Shown here: positions 25,683-38,699 of the stretch, piece by piece
How the letters are laid out: each line of letters begins with the position of its first letter
How positions within the stretch are numbered: position 1 is the stretch's first letter
Assembly (NCBI GenBank): GCA_976551045.1
Contig: CDPCPM010000063.1
Location: forward strand, 21,080,001 to 21,144,000
Direction: 5' to 3'
Source of the DNA: Glaucostegus cemiculus
Taxonomy: Eukaryota
DNA: 64,000 nucleotides
Notes under the pieces: model-generated
The model's database searches: none
What the model saw: the letters and a program-made list of their open reading frames with translations, nothing else
Told to the model about the DNA's origin: nothing
Made by a program: the position numbers and the translations under genes

Positions 25683-26337
25683 GAGTTGTCAAGCTAAATT
25701 GTCTTCCTGGCAGACATGTGATGTGGGCCAGTCTTGGCAGTGTTTATGGTATTTTCAGCCACTGTCGAGAAACAGGCAGTCTCTAAACCTTGAGGGCCCA
25801 GACCTGGAGCCCATGAACTTATCAGGGTCAGCTCTGGAGATCTACACTGAGTGCAAGTTTCCAAAATATCTGTTTTTCAGTTGCCATTTCTGCAGTTACA
25901 ATTTTGTCCCTTCTTGTTAAGTACAACTCATTTGTATCAAATTGGTAAGAATATTAAAACCTAAGGCTGAATCCCTCATATCACATTTGGAAAACAGACA
26001 TCTTTATAATTGATGGAGAGCAGTTACAAGCCTGCTCAAAATCAGTTACCTATTTTCACTCTTTTAATAATTAATGTGACATTAAAAATACCTTTTCCTC
26101 AAATGAGAACATTCTCTATTTTAAAATGCTGTTTTTTGGATCACACAGCATCTTCTAGGTTACAATGTACTATCACAAAGGTCAAAAGCAAATTCAAATC
26201 GAATAATATCTCTTCTCACATTTAAGATACAAATAAAATTTATCAGCCACAATATTTAATTTGATCATCTGATAAAGTAACATGCACAGTAGCAAAAATA
26301 AAGAAATAATAATAGATGGTGGAAAGCTGAGAGGTAC

Positions 26338-26427
26338 CTGGTCCATTCCAGTCTTCCAGCTCCAAATTAGACTGGCCTGGCTTTTCTCCATCTGATTCTG
26401 CTGTTTCCTGACTGCCATCTTCATCAC
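26338..26427 (-). CDS. Candidate 90-nt symmetric exon of unidentified host gene
   Basis: ctgttatttag|GTGATGAAG...GGACCAG|gtacct; open in two frames (GDEDGSQETAESDGEKPGQSNLELEDWNGP or VMKMAVRKQQNQMEKSQASLIWSWKTGMDQ); GC-richer than its flanks. Confidence 0.5.
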
Positions 26428-26907
26428 CTAAATAACAGTGTACAAGGATCTTATTTACTTTCGAAATAGCTGTCCTTTAACAGAGTAAAACTAGAATACA
26501 ATTAGTAAGAATAACAGTCAATCACTGGATAAATTTACTTTCACTCAAGTAGTCAACTGATTGATCCAAATGAAAAGTTCAAATGCTTAGCTTTCATTAG
26601 TTGTAATCTGCCACAGAAATAACAGCGTCAATAAATTTGTATGAAACCCTTCATAAATTCAAAGCAGGGCTAGAAAATTTCAAGTACCAAGTGGACACAA
26701 AAACTCAATTGCTAAGTCCAAGCCATTTTAAAATGCTTGTAAATGATAATTAGCACAAACTCTGTGTATAAATACTGCTCCTAATATATGCCAAGCATTG
26801 GGTGAAGTTATCATGTGGGGCCTCTTTCCTTTCATCTGGATCCCTTAGCAGACTTACTGCTCAAGATGTGAAATGATGCCATTGATGGATATGTGTTGTT
26901 CTCTTAC

Positions 26908-26913
26908 CTGCTA
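26908..26913 (-). CDS. Candidate 6-nt (or 3-nt) micro-exon, or recursive splice site
   Basis: aaattgtccttctcag|TAGCAG|gtaaga. Confidence 0.3.
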
Positions 26914-27879
26914 CTGAGAAGGACAATTTAAGTTAATATTTTCTTCAGAGGTAGGATTTTTCTGGAATTAGCATGACAAGTGGAGAAGTTCTATTCAAAT
27001 TAATAATTTTAATGTACCATTATTGTACAGATTTTATCCTCTAGTTCCTGCATGGCACTGCTAGATCTCTAGCAGCCTATTTGAAATAAGCAACTTACAT
27101 AAACAATATGCCATAAACCTTCATCCAATCACATCATCATTTCTGAGAATGACACCTTAGTAAAGGTCAAAATTATTGTTCAAGATTACCCTGAATTCAA
27201 AGTCTCAAGCAGTAAACTTTTATTTTACTTGATGAATACCCAGGAATGCACTATTGTGTATACATATGTCACCTTGTTATTAGTAAAGATTGATGGACAA
27301 GCTGTTAATGGGAACAGTTGTTTACTCACATTTTTATTTCACAGCCTGGAAACCACTGCTGGCACTTAGCCTACTACTTGTGGTATGAAAGTTTTACTAA
27401 TCGGTAATTTAGTGAGTGCTAGTTAGCCTGTGTTTACTGTCTGTTTGCCAACTACTGCAAAGTTTGGTGTGGACTGAATTGCTAAAGCCTGTTAAATCAC
27501 TAAGGATGTGTGTTAGTCATCAGTCCTATTATTGCCAATATAATAACCTGTTAAGAATATACAACTCTGTTTGGAATATAATGCTCTATATTTAGACTCT
27601 ATGCTTGACCACACATAGTACTGAAAATTCCAGAGGAAAGATGAACAGCTACATACTTGACCTTGCAATTCTAACTTTTATTGACATTAATTACAATGAA
27701 TTCAGTAACACTGCAATTGGCAGGAGCAGCAAGAGAAGGAAAGAAATCTGGTTGAATGCAAGGTGCACTATAAGGTTGGAACAAATAGTCAGCTGGAAAC
27801 ACTGGAAACAAGATGCTAGAAGAACAATTTATGTAATTGGATAATTTCCTTAAATGTGTATGTATTAGAAGATATGGGA

Positions 27880-28140
27880 GAATAGTGGCTAAGTTGCCAA
27901 CACTAGTATCTGAAGGCCTATATAATTGATCCAGAGATGCATATCCAAATCCCACAATGACACCTGGGAAATTAAATCAAATTATTTAAATGGATCTAGA
28001 ATAAAAAACTGGCATTAGGAATGGTGGCCATGAAACTCCCAGATACATCCTTCTTTCAGGGTAGGTTGTCTGCTGTCCTTACTCAGTCTGGCCCACATGT
28101 GATCCCAGACCTATAAGAATATGATTAGCTTAACTGCAAC
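27880..28140 (+). mobile_element. Old elasmobranch-type tRNA-derived SINE
   Basis: B-box-like ccaaatcccac followed by aatggtggccatgaaact...gtccttactcagtctggcc, a body I recognise from shark SINEs. Confidence 0.5.
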
Positions 28141-28581
28141 CCACTACATTCATAATTGCTCCTTCTCATGACAATCAAATCTTGTAAACAAATAAAGAAT
28201 TAGTATCAGCTGTTTTCCAAAGATATGTAAAAAAAGGTGAACAGCTTCATCAACAGCATGAGCAAGTAGTACATTCAACTTGTATATTGAATTTCTCAGA
28301 GCTCCAGGATTATTAAAAGCACATGCATTGATATTCAAGCAGCGGTGTACATTGTGTTCTCAATAATCCTGAAGAGATTTTATTCTCTCAATGGCCAGTT
28401 GACAAGCAAAACCAGTACAAAACTGCACAGGTTCTTTCTTGGAGAGCAACTTTCAATTCATTAATGATTTTCATCAATAGAACTCATGTTGTGAAAGGAA
28501 GTGAAGAGAAAGTGTGGAAAAATGGCTTCTTGAGAACTAAGCCTGGCCTCTTTAGCCATGGCTCATGAAACTCCCACATCA

Positions 28582-29210
28582 GTGGCTGGCATGGTGGTGC
28601 AACAGATAGTGCTGCTGCCTCACAGCTCCAGCTACCTGGGTTTGATCCTGATTTCAGTTCTGTCTGTGTGGAGTTTGTACATTCTCTCTGTGGGTTTCAT
28701 CCTGGTGCTCCAGTCTCTTCCCATATCCCAAAGACATGAACACAGAACAGCATAGCACAGTAACAGCCCACAATGTCTATGTCGAACATGATGCTAACTA
28801 ATCGCTTCTGCCTGTACCTGATCCATATCCCTCCATTCCCTGCATATTTATGTGCTTATCTAAAAGCCTCTAATTCAGGCAGCATCCTGGTAAACCTCTT
28901 CTGTACCATCTCCAAATCCTCTATATCCAAATGCAACCTAACCAAAGCTTTATATAGTTGATAGCTGCAAACGTGACTTGACTCTTATAGTCAATGCCTC
29001 GACTGATGAAGGCAATCATGCTATATGTTGTCTTTACTACTCTACATGTTGTTGGGTTAATTGGTTACTCTAAATTAACCCTAGTAAAGGCAAGTGGCAA
29101 AATAATTATTTAGAAAAGGGATGCTGATGAGTATGAGAACAAATTGCAGAACCTTGGGGAAATATGAGTGGGAATAGGACTGATGGTCTCCAATTGTGCT
29201 ACAGTAAGTG
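28582..29210 (+). mobile_element. Old V-SINE interrupted by a minus-strand CR1 3' fragment (28740-29040)
   Basis: Head ggcatggtggtgcaac..gggtttgatcc and V core gtgggtttcatcctggtgctccag; the SINE resumes at ~29045. Confidence 0.65.
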
Positions 29211-29320
29211 ACTGAGCAAATAATTAATGACAGTTCAGACAGTTAGTACATGACATCCAAATAAAACTATCAAACATACAACTGCAATTTTAATATAATT
29301 CTTCTGACACATTGACTGAC

Positions 29321-29375
29321 CTGGGCGGCTTTTACTACATACTTGTAAGTCCCACTGTGCAGGTTGATGATCAGT
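29321..29375 (-). CDS. Candidate 55-nt exon of unidentified host gene
   Basis: tttttccaaactcctatccag|ACTGATC...GCCCAG|gtcagt; frames TDHQPAQWDLQVCSKSRP or LIINLHSGTYKYVVKAAQ are open. Confidence 0.5.
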
Positions 29376-29637
29376 CTGGATAGGAGTTTGGAAAAAGCAT
29401 TGAGAAACCAGCTTCTGATGTAATATTGTTTGACTGCAGCCATATATTAATTTAAAAACATCACACTATGAGTTCTTAATAATATTATTCCTTCAAATTA
29501 AAACCTATTTTATAAAGTCTCCATGCTGAAATATGACGGTCAGTCCTTTAACTACTGGCATCCTACACTGGGATCTTATGTTATTACAACCAACAAATAA
29601 ATAGGCAGTAGAACAATCAAGTCAACTTCAATATGTT

Positions 29638-30678
29638 TATTCAACGTCTCCCTACAGCAGGCTGTTGTTCCTAAGTGCCTAAAATCTGCCACCATCATAC
29701 CTGTTCCTAAGAAGTCTCCTCCAATGTGTCTGAATGACTACCGTCCCATAGCTCTAACACCAATTGTCATGAAATGCTTTGAGAGGCTAGTTATGAAGCA
29801 CATTAGAGCACATTAGGATTTTAGGAGGGGTCACCGTTTGCACACCCCGCTGACCATCAACGGGTCTGCTGTGGAACAAGTACGCAGCACCAAGTTCCTG
29901 GGGGTGCACATCACTGATGACCTGACCTGGTCCACTAACATTATGGCCCTCACGAAGAAAGCTCAGAAACGCCTCTACTTCCTGCGGAGACTGAGGAAAG
30001 CGAACCCCCATCCCTCCGTCATAAAAACCTTCTATAGGGGGACCATTGAGAGCATCCTAACTCAATGTATCACTGTTTGGTTTGGAAGCTGCTCAGCTGC
30101 CGGACGGAAGTCCCTCCAGTAGATAGTTAGGGCTGCGGAGTGGATCATAGGTGTCTCGCTTCCATCCCTCGCAGACATATACAAAGATCGTTGTGTGAGG
30201 AAGACCAAAAGCATAATGGCCAACCCTTCTCACCCCTCCCACCACCTCTTTACAATTTTGCCATTAGGGAGGAGGCTTAAATGTATCAGGGCAAGAACGA
30301 CCAGGCTGAACAATAGCTTCTTTCCGCAAGCCATCAGAACTGCAAACTCTCTCATCCCTCCATCTTCCTTTGTTGACACTAAGAGATGCTAGGTGCACAG
30401 AAATGCACCAGCACTTTAAATGCCTGACACCAGCCCGTTCACTTTAATAACTATTTATTTATTTACCAGCCATTTTTAATTTAATCTGCGTATTAATTTA
30501 ATTTTAACTTCCGTAGTTTTTAATGTTTAATGTTTTTAATGTTTATTCTGTCAAGTGTGTATGTGTGTCTCTGTTGGTTGTTATTTTATGGGATGAGCAC
30601 CTGAGGAGGACGGTATCTCGCTCCTATGCATACTATGTATGTATATGGTTGTGACAATAAAAACTGATTCTGATTCTG
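29638..30678 (+). mobile_element. Rex1/Babar LINE with internal deletion and 7-bp TSD
   Basis: [21 protein letters not shown] is joined directly to DFRR; TSD ATATGTT at 29631-29637 and 30679-30685. Confidence 0.92.
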
Positions 30679-31758
30679 ATATGTTGCTTGAAGTTTAGTC
30701 ATCAGCTTTTGTCTACACATTTTTTTAATTGTACAAGAATTCTGACGATCCTAAACTTCCATATGTTGCACATCGCAAGTGTCCTACATTTAAATTAGAC
30801 ATTTACAAAACATTGGGACACCTTATTGGTTTTGTTTGCATTCATATAACTGTCGTTTCTGCTTTTGTGGGAATTCACCAGTCCTATTAATTGTTTTTCT
30901 TCTTTCCCTTTTCATAGAACTGTGTCTGAATAGTAAACCTGCTTTTTCTCACTCTAATATCCCATTCTTAATCAATTTTGCTCAGTTAACTGCTGCTTAA
31001 ATGGCTTGTAATTGTAGTTCACAACTGATTATCAGGATTATTGATTCTGCCACTTTATTGGTTGTCTTGCCAAGTAAGCATTAAAGCACACATTTTAATG
31101 CACTAATTGAAATGTGTTAAGTAACTTTCTGTGTAACCCTTGAAAACCCAAAATAATACTCAGCAGCACAATAAAGCAATTTCCTGCCTTATAGTTTATG
31201 CAATCTGCTTAAAGAAACACTGAAATAAATTTTCCACTTAGTTGCATTGAATTAACAGGCATAAAGTGTGTGTAATCAATTGAAAAAGGGTGGAGATTCT
31301 TTCCACTGATTTCCATCTACTTAGCATCTCAGTTGCTTATGCACACATAACAGAAGTACCTGTCAGTTTGAAATAACTATATTGAAATTAAGCTTTGATG
31401 AAATAACTTGCATAAAATTGGTGCGCTAAGTTCTTTCAGCATGCAGCTTTATAAGGTACATTTAAAGGGAACAATAAGAAGGTTTGCAAAAAGCATATTA
31501 TAAGTACTTCAGACTTTTTTGTTGCTTTTTGTTTTGATTATTTCCTGCTTCCACCGTTGATTAGAAGGTTACATCAAGAGCTGCTATTTATCAGTCTGCC
31601 TTCAATGCTGTATCAGTAGTTTTCACAAAATGAATCATCTTAACTTTGTCTTATCGTAGAAAGGATAGGAAGGATAGAAGGAAGCATCCTTGGCAGGTTT
31701 GGTTACAAGAGAGTCAGACTGCATTCATCTTCCAACATGATTTCATAGGCAGAGATAC

Positions 31759-31823
31759 CTTCACAGCATGTCCATATAACTGATTCACAAGTTCTGACAG
31801 CCAGATGGTGCAAGGCCATTGAA
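31759..31823 (-). CDS. Candidate 65-nt exon (weak donor)
   Basis: cccaactctcatag|TTCAATGG...GTGAAG|gtatct; phase 1 to 0 reads QWPCTIWLSELVNQLYGHAVK. Confidence 0.3.
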
Positions 31824-32147
31824 CTATGAGAGTTGGGCTTATTGTCAATTACACTCTTAAGCCTCCTTTCTTCCAGAGTTACTTGAATTTTGTCATAGTC
31901 AGAAAGTCCCAGAGTGGTCTATCCTTTTTCTCTCTATAACAGCTCATTATGCATCTCCTTCCACCTCAGTAGCCATCAATCACAGGCTGGGAGAGTTGTT
32001 CTTTACCTCGAAGTAGAATATAGAAGTTAAAAGTACTAATGGGCTATTTGGCTTATCCTGCACATACTGGTTATTTGAAGGAGCTGCTCAATTAGTTCAT
32101 AGCCCTGGCACATTTTTCCCATTACCTAAATTGGACAGTCCCCAAAA

Positions 32148-32575
32148 TTGGTATTGGTTTATTGGTTTATTATTGTCACTTGTACCGAGGTACAGTGAAA
32201 AGCTTGTCTTACAAACCGATCGTACAGGTCAATTCATTACACGGTGCAGTTACATAGTTAGTACAAAGTGCATTGAAGTAGTACAGCGAAAACAGTAACA
32301 GTACAGAATAAAGTGTCACAGCTACAGAGAAAGTGCAGTGCAATAGGTGCAAGGTCACACAAGGTAGTATGTGAGGTCACAGACCAGGTCATTGTATAAG
32401 GGAACCGTTCAATAGTCTTATCACAGTGGGGAAGAAGCTGTCCTTAAGTCCAGTGATGCGTGCCCTCAGGCACCTGTATCTTCTACCCGATGGAAGAGGA
32501 CAGAAGAGAGAATGTCCCGGATGAGTGGGGCCTTTGATTATGCCGGCCGCTACACCAAGACAATGAGATGTAATG
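32148..32575 (-). mobile_element. Second Rex1/Babar family 3' fragment with (CCAATA)n tail
   Basis: Minus strand encodes HPGHSLFCPLPSGRRYRCLRARITGLKDSFFP; same family as 61654-61922 and 42880-42936. Confidence 0.85.
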
Positions 32576-32769
32576 AGATAAACCCATGCCTTTGATAATG
32601 TAGACAGGAGACAATTTCATACTGCTTGGTCATTTGAATTATTTCTGCACCCAGCCAGCGGTATGTTCATTGGTTGGACATTTCATCAAGTGACTGATAT
32701 CGTAAATAGCTATCCCATCTAAACCTCATCTGCACTTGTGATGGTTAGTGGGAAATGAATCTGACCTAG

Positions 32770-34900
32770 GAAACAGTGAAAAATGGTGGGATCCAAGGTT
32801 ATTGGATGCTGCACCATAGGCTTTGCTGAGGGAGGTGCACAGTGGGGGAGTGCATCCATGGGTGGTCAGAAGACCTTGTGCACAAAAGGAAATGGAAGCA
32901 GACACTATTGAAGTTAATGTCAAAAAAATCAAACTCAAGGCTGTTGTTCCACTATAAGTTCAATGACCTCCCACAAGCAATTAAGGATTGTGGGAACATC
33001 TTCAATATGATATCCTTCCAACTGCATCACTAACATCAATTACTGCTCACTTCACCACACCCTGTCACTCATCCACCAATGTTTTCGTTCAATTGGTGTT
33101 TGTACCTATCCATTTACTCTATCACATACTGAGCATTGCTACAAGGCTCACACTGATATTTTATATGTTGCACATCACCCAATCAGGTTACAGTATATTA
33201 CATTCACTTACAATACATCATTTCTCTTACAAGATAAAGTGGTACAAAATTAGATACAGCAGTAACTATGTAGAGGGTGCAGGTATGCCTGCATGCCTTA
33301 ACTCCCTTAGAACAGACAACGCTGGCATTATTGAGATGGCCCTTGCTGAGGCTGTAGTTAGCCAGAGGACTAAATCATTTAAACATGATGGTATTTTCAT
33401 ATTTAATTTCAGTTTCATGTCCTATGTCCTTTAAATTCCACAATCTCCTAACTTAAAAATCGTAGCTGATGCAAGCATGTGTCATTACTTCATCACCAAC
33501 TACTTCAAACAATAAAGTCATCCTTCTGCCTATCTCCTTTCAGACAATCAGGAATTGCAAACTAGGCAGAAAGTAGTAGAAATAGGCTAGAAATTCTATC
33601 ATTTGGTGTAATATTTCTGCACATAATGTGATTGATTCTTGGATAAAAATCAGCTGCTGAAGTTATGAAAGTTATCAGCAACTTGGTGCACACATAATTC
33701 CGATGCACTGTGTAGCGGTCTTCCGTTGGTAAACAGTGATTGGCATGCAGTGCATAGCTAAAATCACTATATTCTAGCAAAGATGTAAACTCAGGAAACA
33801 GCATTTGCCTCACTTGCTCCACAATAAGCTAAAGGATCAATCCCTATCTGAGCTGCTGTTGTGAATCTGCCAGTGAAACTTGGCCTGGGATGTTCACAGG
33901 CAGTCCTGGTGTCATCCATCCTAAAAAACAAGAACTCCTTCTTTACTTGTGAGGTCCCCAACCAAAATAATCACCGCTCCAAGTTTCCATCTGCAATGGT
34001 CAAGCGACTCAGATCAATCATTTGCCACTTAGGGGAAAATCTGTCTCAAAGTGACTTCTTCACTTGAACAGAGCCACCACATCAGGAGCTCCTGCATAAG
34101 GTTGTAATGCGAAGTGCGCATCAGACAATTTTTGCATGAGTTCTGCACAAAAACCTGCAGCAAACTGGCTTTCATGATTCTAATTGCAGAATTCATTTCA
34201 CAAACCATTTACACATGTAAAACAGGTTCAGAGCATTCCTTTAGCACTACTTTACAATTTTTTTTAAAGCAGGACAATTGCTGCCAGTGTAGGAGACAAC
34301 TGTCAGCCTACAGAAGTTGAGGTTCCATCTCTACTATGCAACATTCAGAAGAGGACTTTAATGGTGTACATTGCAGAGGCAAGATATGCACCACAAGATT
34401 TCCAAGCCAGAGTTCAGTGACAAAGAGGAATCCAGCGCCACCTTGAACAGAATTTACACAGAGTTTAAAGTCCACTCTATTAAGCTGCACTTGATAGACA
34501 GTGTCACAACCTGCACTGCAAAACAACCAGCAGCTATCCAACATCTAAATTCTGTGGTGGAAACTTAGACTACTGTCATACACCAGCTGTCCAGCACTCT
34601 CTTCTCCAAAAGATTATTAATATTGCTGAGGTGCCATCCTGGATGTGTGCATATGGGACAAACCAGCTGTCCTATCTCAGGAAGACAGCATTTGTTCTTA
34701 TACCACTGCCACCTGCCAGTGACCTTGTGTTGATTGTCAGCCAGGCTGCTGACATCCATGGCAAGCCTTCTAGACCCAGAGATGCTCAATGTCATTCTCC
34801 AAGATCATCTCTAGTCTTCTCCACTAAAAGACGGTAACCTTCCCCTAACCATGCTCTGTAACAATCACTGGGATGTCATCTTGTAGAAGCAAAAGCATGA
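32770..34900 (+). pseudogene. Decayed Harbinger Myb/SANT-like accessory gene (copy 2)
   Basis: Exon 1: DPRLLDAAP*ALLREV..KRKWKQ..KFNDLPQAIK. Exon 2 (~33235): DKVVQN..LTPLEQT..GIIEMALAEAVVS. Exon 3 starts ctttcag|ACAATCAGGAATTG, with SEEDFNG near 34345. Confidence 0.7.
33690..33880 (-). pseudogene. Possible nested Myb/SANT exon-1 relic in opposite orientation
   Basis: Reverse complement yields RFTTAA..VEQVRQMLFPE..ALHAN..KTATQC across frameshifts. Confidence 0.35.
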
Positions 34901-35089
34901 GAAAAACAGGTACTAAAGTCTTGTGCAAGGGGGATCAGTTTACTTCTGCATGTAATGTGTCATGGTTGCATTTAAAGATTTGATTTGGACTGTTTTACCT
35001 TATGATTTTTTTTTATTTTTACCTGAGACAGAAGAATGATAGATACTTAGCCACTGGGTAATGAAAAAATGGGTTGCATTTATTAGCAT

Positions 35090-36100
35090 CACACTTAAAT
35101 GAGCTCTTCTTGGATAGCCCAAAGAGTCTGTTGACTATCCTTCTTCCTTCCTTTTCCATGTTCTTCCTCATGATCTTCAGCCGGTGACAAAGTCAGCCCC
35201 CTCATGGCATCAATGTTGTCCAGCATGCAGCAGACCACCCTGAGTCTTGACATATATTTTTAAACTCCAGGTAGAGGAAGCAATTTCTCGGCACAATTTT
35301 GAATGTAATTCATGTGGCAACATGGTTTTCATTATAAGCATGTTGCACAAGCGCTTTTGGATTGTACACATATTCATGGTTTGTAAATACCCTCATGGAT
35401 TGCATACTGCAGTCAACAGATAGTGCGGCTGTCTAGAAGCCACCCTTTGGTTTGCAGTGGTGACTCAGCAGCATAGAGAAGCACTGCAGAATGATGGAAC
35501 CATGTCTGTTGGCAGCATAATGGCCATTGACTTGCATGGTTTGCTACTTACAGTCAAGCACTGGAGCTGTAATCTCTTTTAGTTCTGAGAGCAGACATGT
35601 AGCGAAGTGCTCACAAAATCATGTTTACAGGTATCCTGGACCATGGAGTTGGCTGCAATCATAATGGACCCAAATGTATGTTTCACCTACTTGCCTCTGG
35701 CAAGGAAATAGACTCTTTTTGGCTCTTATTGAACACAGGGTATCAATGGTCTTTCTTAGATAGTGGCAGACAGCACACTGCAAGATTTTGCAAATATATC
35801 CAATTCCATCTTGGAAGGTGCCAGAGGCATCAAATTTTGTTATCAGTCACAATTACAGATTGAAACAATATGGTTCTTGCACTGCTCTGTTGTAGTTGCA
35901 GCTGCCACAGGTGGCAGGTTGTATCAAGGACACATACAGCACAGCTGTTTCACACATTGTTCCTCACTGGAATAGGTCTCTAACAATCTCTGAGAATATG
36001 GCCTCCTCTTCAGACCCTCCTTTTCCTTTGCCCATTACAGTAACTTGCCCAAGTCTATGCCGTCTGCTCTTTATTTGACCTAATGTACTCATGTCTGAGA
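35090..36100 (-). pseudogene. PIF/Harbinger (HARBI1-like) DDE transposase pseudogene
   Basis: Minus strand: SEEQCVKQL; ASGTFQDGIGYICKILQCAVCHYLRKTIDTL; MQVNGHYAANRHGSIIL; KGWLLD; AYNENHVAT; VVCCMLDNI; acidic tail. Confidence 0.85.
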
Positions 36101-36764
36101 GCCACTAGTTAATGCCGGAAAAGGTGATTCACCACTTGCCACACCATGGGCTGTAAATGTTTGCAACCTGAAATATATATATGAATACCAAACACTTATC
36201 ACGTAACAGCCAAATATACTACATGGACTTTACAATATAATGGGATATCCTGACATTTTGAAAGGCTCTATAAATGCAAGTATTTATTTTTTAAATTTCA
36301 CTTCATCAGATGCCAGTTGAAAATCCATACATATATATTGACCACAACATCTTCATTAATATCATTATTTTCTCAACTAATTCAGAATTAAATTGGTCAA
36401 ACTCAATTTGTCTTTTACAGACCTTGCTAGATTTTCACAAGCAAAAATTAATTTTATTTCTAAAAATTTCTGCCTACTAATATTAAGCTAACTCCAGTAA
36501 TTGCTGGGTTTATCCCTTTTTCCTTTTTGACCAATGGGTAACATATGTAATCAGCTAATTTGGCAATGACCCTTTCATATCTTTAGAGATATTTAAAGGT
36601 TGCGACCAAACAAATCTCTGCAATTCCCACCATTCCTTTCCTCAGTTACCTTGAATGCATCCCATTCAACCTATGAGTTTTGCATTGGTCAATTAACTCT
36701 GTTGCTCAGATTGAGATTATATTGTTTGTGCTACTTTCCAGTACTCACCTGAAAGACCTTTCTA

Positions 36765-36970
36765 CATCATTGTCTGCCAGCTATTACACAATTTCGCAAA
36801 GAGATGAGCAGAGTCCCTTCCTACAGGCTTTCAGCAAGAGGAAGAGTAGCAGAAAAGACAGGAGGAACAGGAGCAAGAAGACAAGAAGGAAGAAAAGGGA
36901 GAGAAGAGCTGCCTTCCGCTGGCAACACCCACAAGACATGAGAATTATCTAATAGATGACTTCACACAAC
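36765..36970 (+). pseudogene. Harbinger transposase C-terminal fragment
   Basis: IVCQLLHNFAK followed by a Glu-rich tract and NYLIDDF. Confidence 0.6.
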
Positions 36971-37614
36971 ATTCAAAGTTTCATTATTTGAGGCCCTTCA
37001 TCACTATATCACTACAAAAACTACTGATTAGAAGCCTGGGCCACATTTTAATGATTCTGCATCATTTTTGTCGTCCATTCTGGTGCATGCTTCTGAAGAA
37101 TACTCTTGACTTGACAAAGATGCTCAATATTTGAAGGCAGGGTTTATCTTTCCCAGTGTATAACCTCTGTCAGCAGACTTGACATTTCAGTGTTAGATGT
37201 TCAAAGATAAACTCTCGCATCATGAGAATGCCTAGCCTATTATGTGCCTCAAGGTGGCCTCCTCCATGACATCTGCCTGAAAGTTCTGTCTGCATTCATA
37301 TGAATATGGCTCCATTACACCTGCATCACACTGTCTTATTAGGAGCAATCATGAAGTTGGCTCCTTTCATTAACCTTTCAAACATCAGCTAAAAAGAATA
37401 TTTAAAGAATATTGAAGGCAACTGGATCAATGGATCTAATCCAGGGTTAATTTCATAAGTAACATGGCAACATATAAAATTTGATTTACTAGCACCCTCA
37501 TTTCTCTCTTGGATTAAATACAATCTGAAAGTATTATTGGCAAATGCGGATTCCTTAAATTGAAGAATGCAAAATCTCAATAACTACTGAGATTACATTA
37601 AAGTTCTAATTTCT

Positions 37615-37776
37615 GAACAGTCCATGAACCCATGAACACTACTTAGTTATTCCTTTTTTTGCACTATTTGTTTATTTTGTAATTTATAGTAATTTTATGT
37701 CTTTGCAATGCACTGCCACAAAACAACAAATTTCACAACATGTAAGTCAGCGATATTAACCTGATTCTGATTCTGA
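37615..37776 (+). mobile_element. Older Rex/L2-type LINE 3' end with (GATTCT)n tail
   Basis: aaacaacaaatttcacaacatgtaagtcagcgatattaacctgattctgattctga; a related piece lies on the minus strand at ~47450-47502. Confidence 0.6.
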
Positions 37777-38699
37777 AAATTAGAGTCTAGGAAACATTGG
37801 TCCTCCTTTCCACACTTTGATTTAAATACTTATACCTGAGAAGCAACCACTAAGTTACTTGTATTCAATACCATGAAGGGGAAAGTTAAATGATATCTGT
37901 TCTCCTCGAGACCTCTCAATGTATCTACATCTGAGTGCCTTACCTTTCTCTAATAAGAAGCCCATAATGATGGAACAGTGTTGGGAATGATATCACTGTG
38001 GTGTCTTGTGCAGCATTTAATTTGATGCTTAGACTATAAGTATGTTTTACCAATGGTAAAGAACTCTGCAAATGAGATGCAAGATGCCATGGAATGGATT
38101 ATATCTGTCTAGGCCTGGTATGCACGCTATTCTAGATGGAAGCCTCTGTGACCTCTGCGAAATAAGACAAGCGGGAGTAGTGCATAAAACCTTTCTGATG
38201 GGTAATGCAAGCAATCAGAGACAATACTGGATTGCCTCACCCATGCTCACTGATAAGATGTTGGCCACACTGCAGTGATTCAAAGTTGAATCAACAGCTT
38301 ATCTTTTGTTATGATTAAAGAAAAATACTTTGCTCATGTGTTTCAATCTCTCGCCATGTTTTGAAGGTTTAATCTAGTTCCTTAGATTACAATAAGGCCA
38401 AGAAATGCAATGCACTAGTCACATGCCTTTCAGTATTTCCTGTCAATGCTTGGCCAAATACTTCCCTTTCACAAAGAATGGTAAGCTAAAATAAAAGTGG
38501 GGTTTTTTTCAGAATTAAACACCAAAGAAAATTACAAATATCTGAACATAAAAGTTCTTTAATTTCAGACAAAGCTAATTTGAGTGACAACAATTAGAAA
38601 AGCTGGTGGTGGACACTAGTGAGAGCATGGACACACAGCCAGTGGTGGTGGGAGAAATCCTGAGTAGTGCCACCAAGATACTCATGCAACTGAAAAGAT

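Noticed and set aside
29321-29375. Immunoglobulin-domain fragment (LII..SGTYKY)
   Set aside because: It lacks the D-x-G-x-Y-x-C cysteine and is far too short for an Ig exon.
36680-36952. Basic RK-rich 90-aa ORF
   Set aside because: It is the off-frame reading of the acidic tail of a Harbinger transposase fragment.
37944-38033. 90-nt minus-strand exon candidate (LSIKLNAAQDTTVISFPTLFHHYGLLIRER, gtaagg donor)
   Set aside because: The acceptor is weak and it fits only frame B, conflicting with the 31759 and 41720 candidates; left unannotated pending RNA data.
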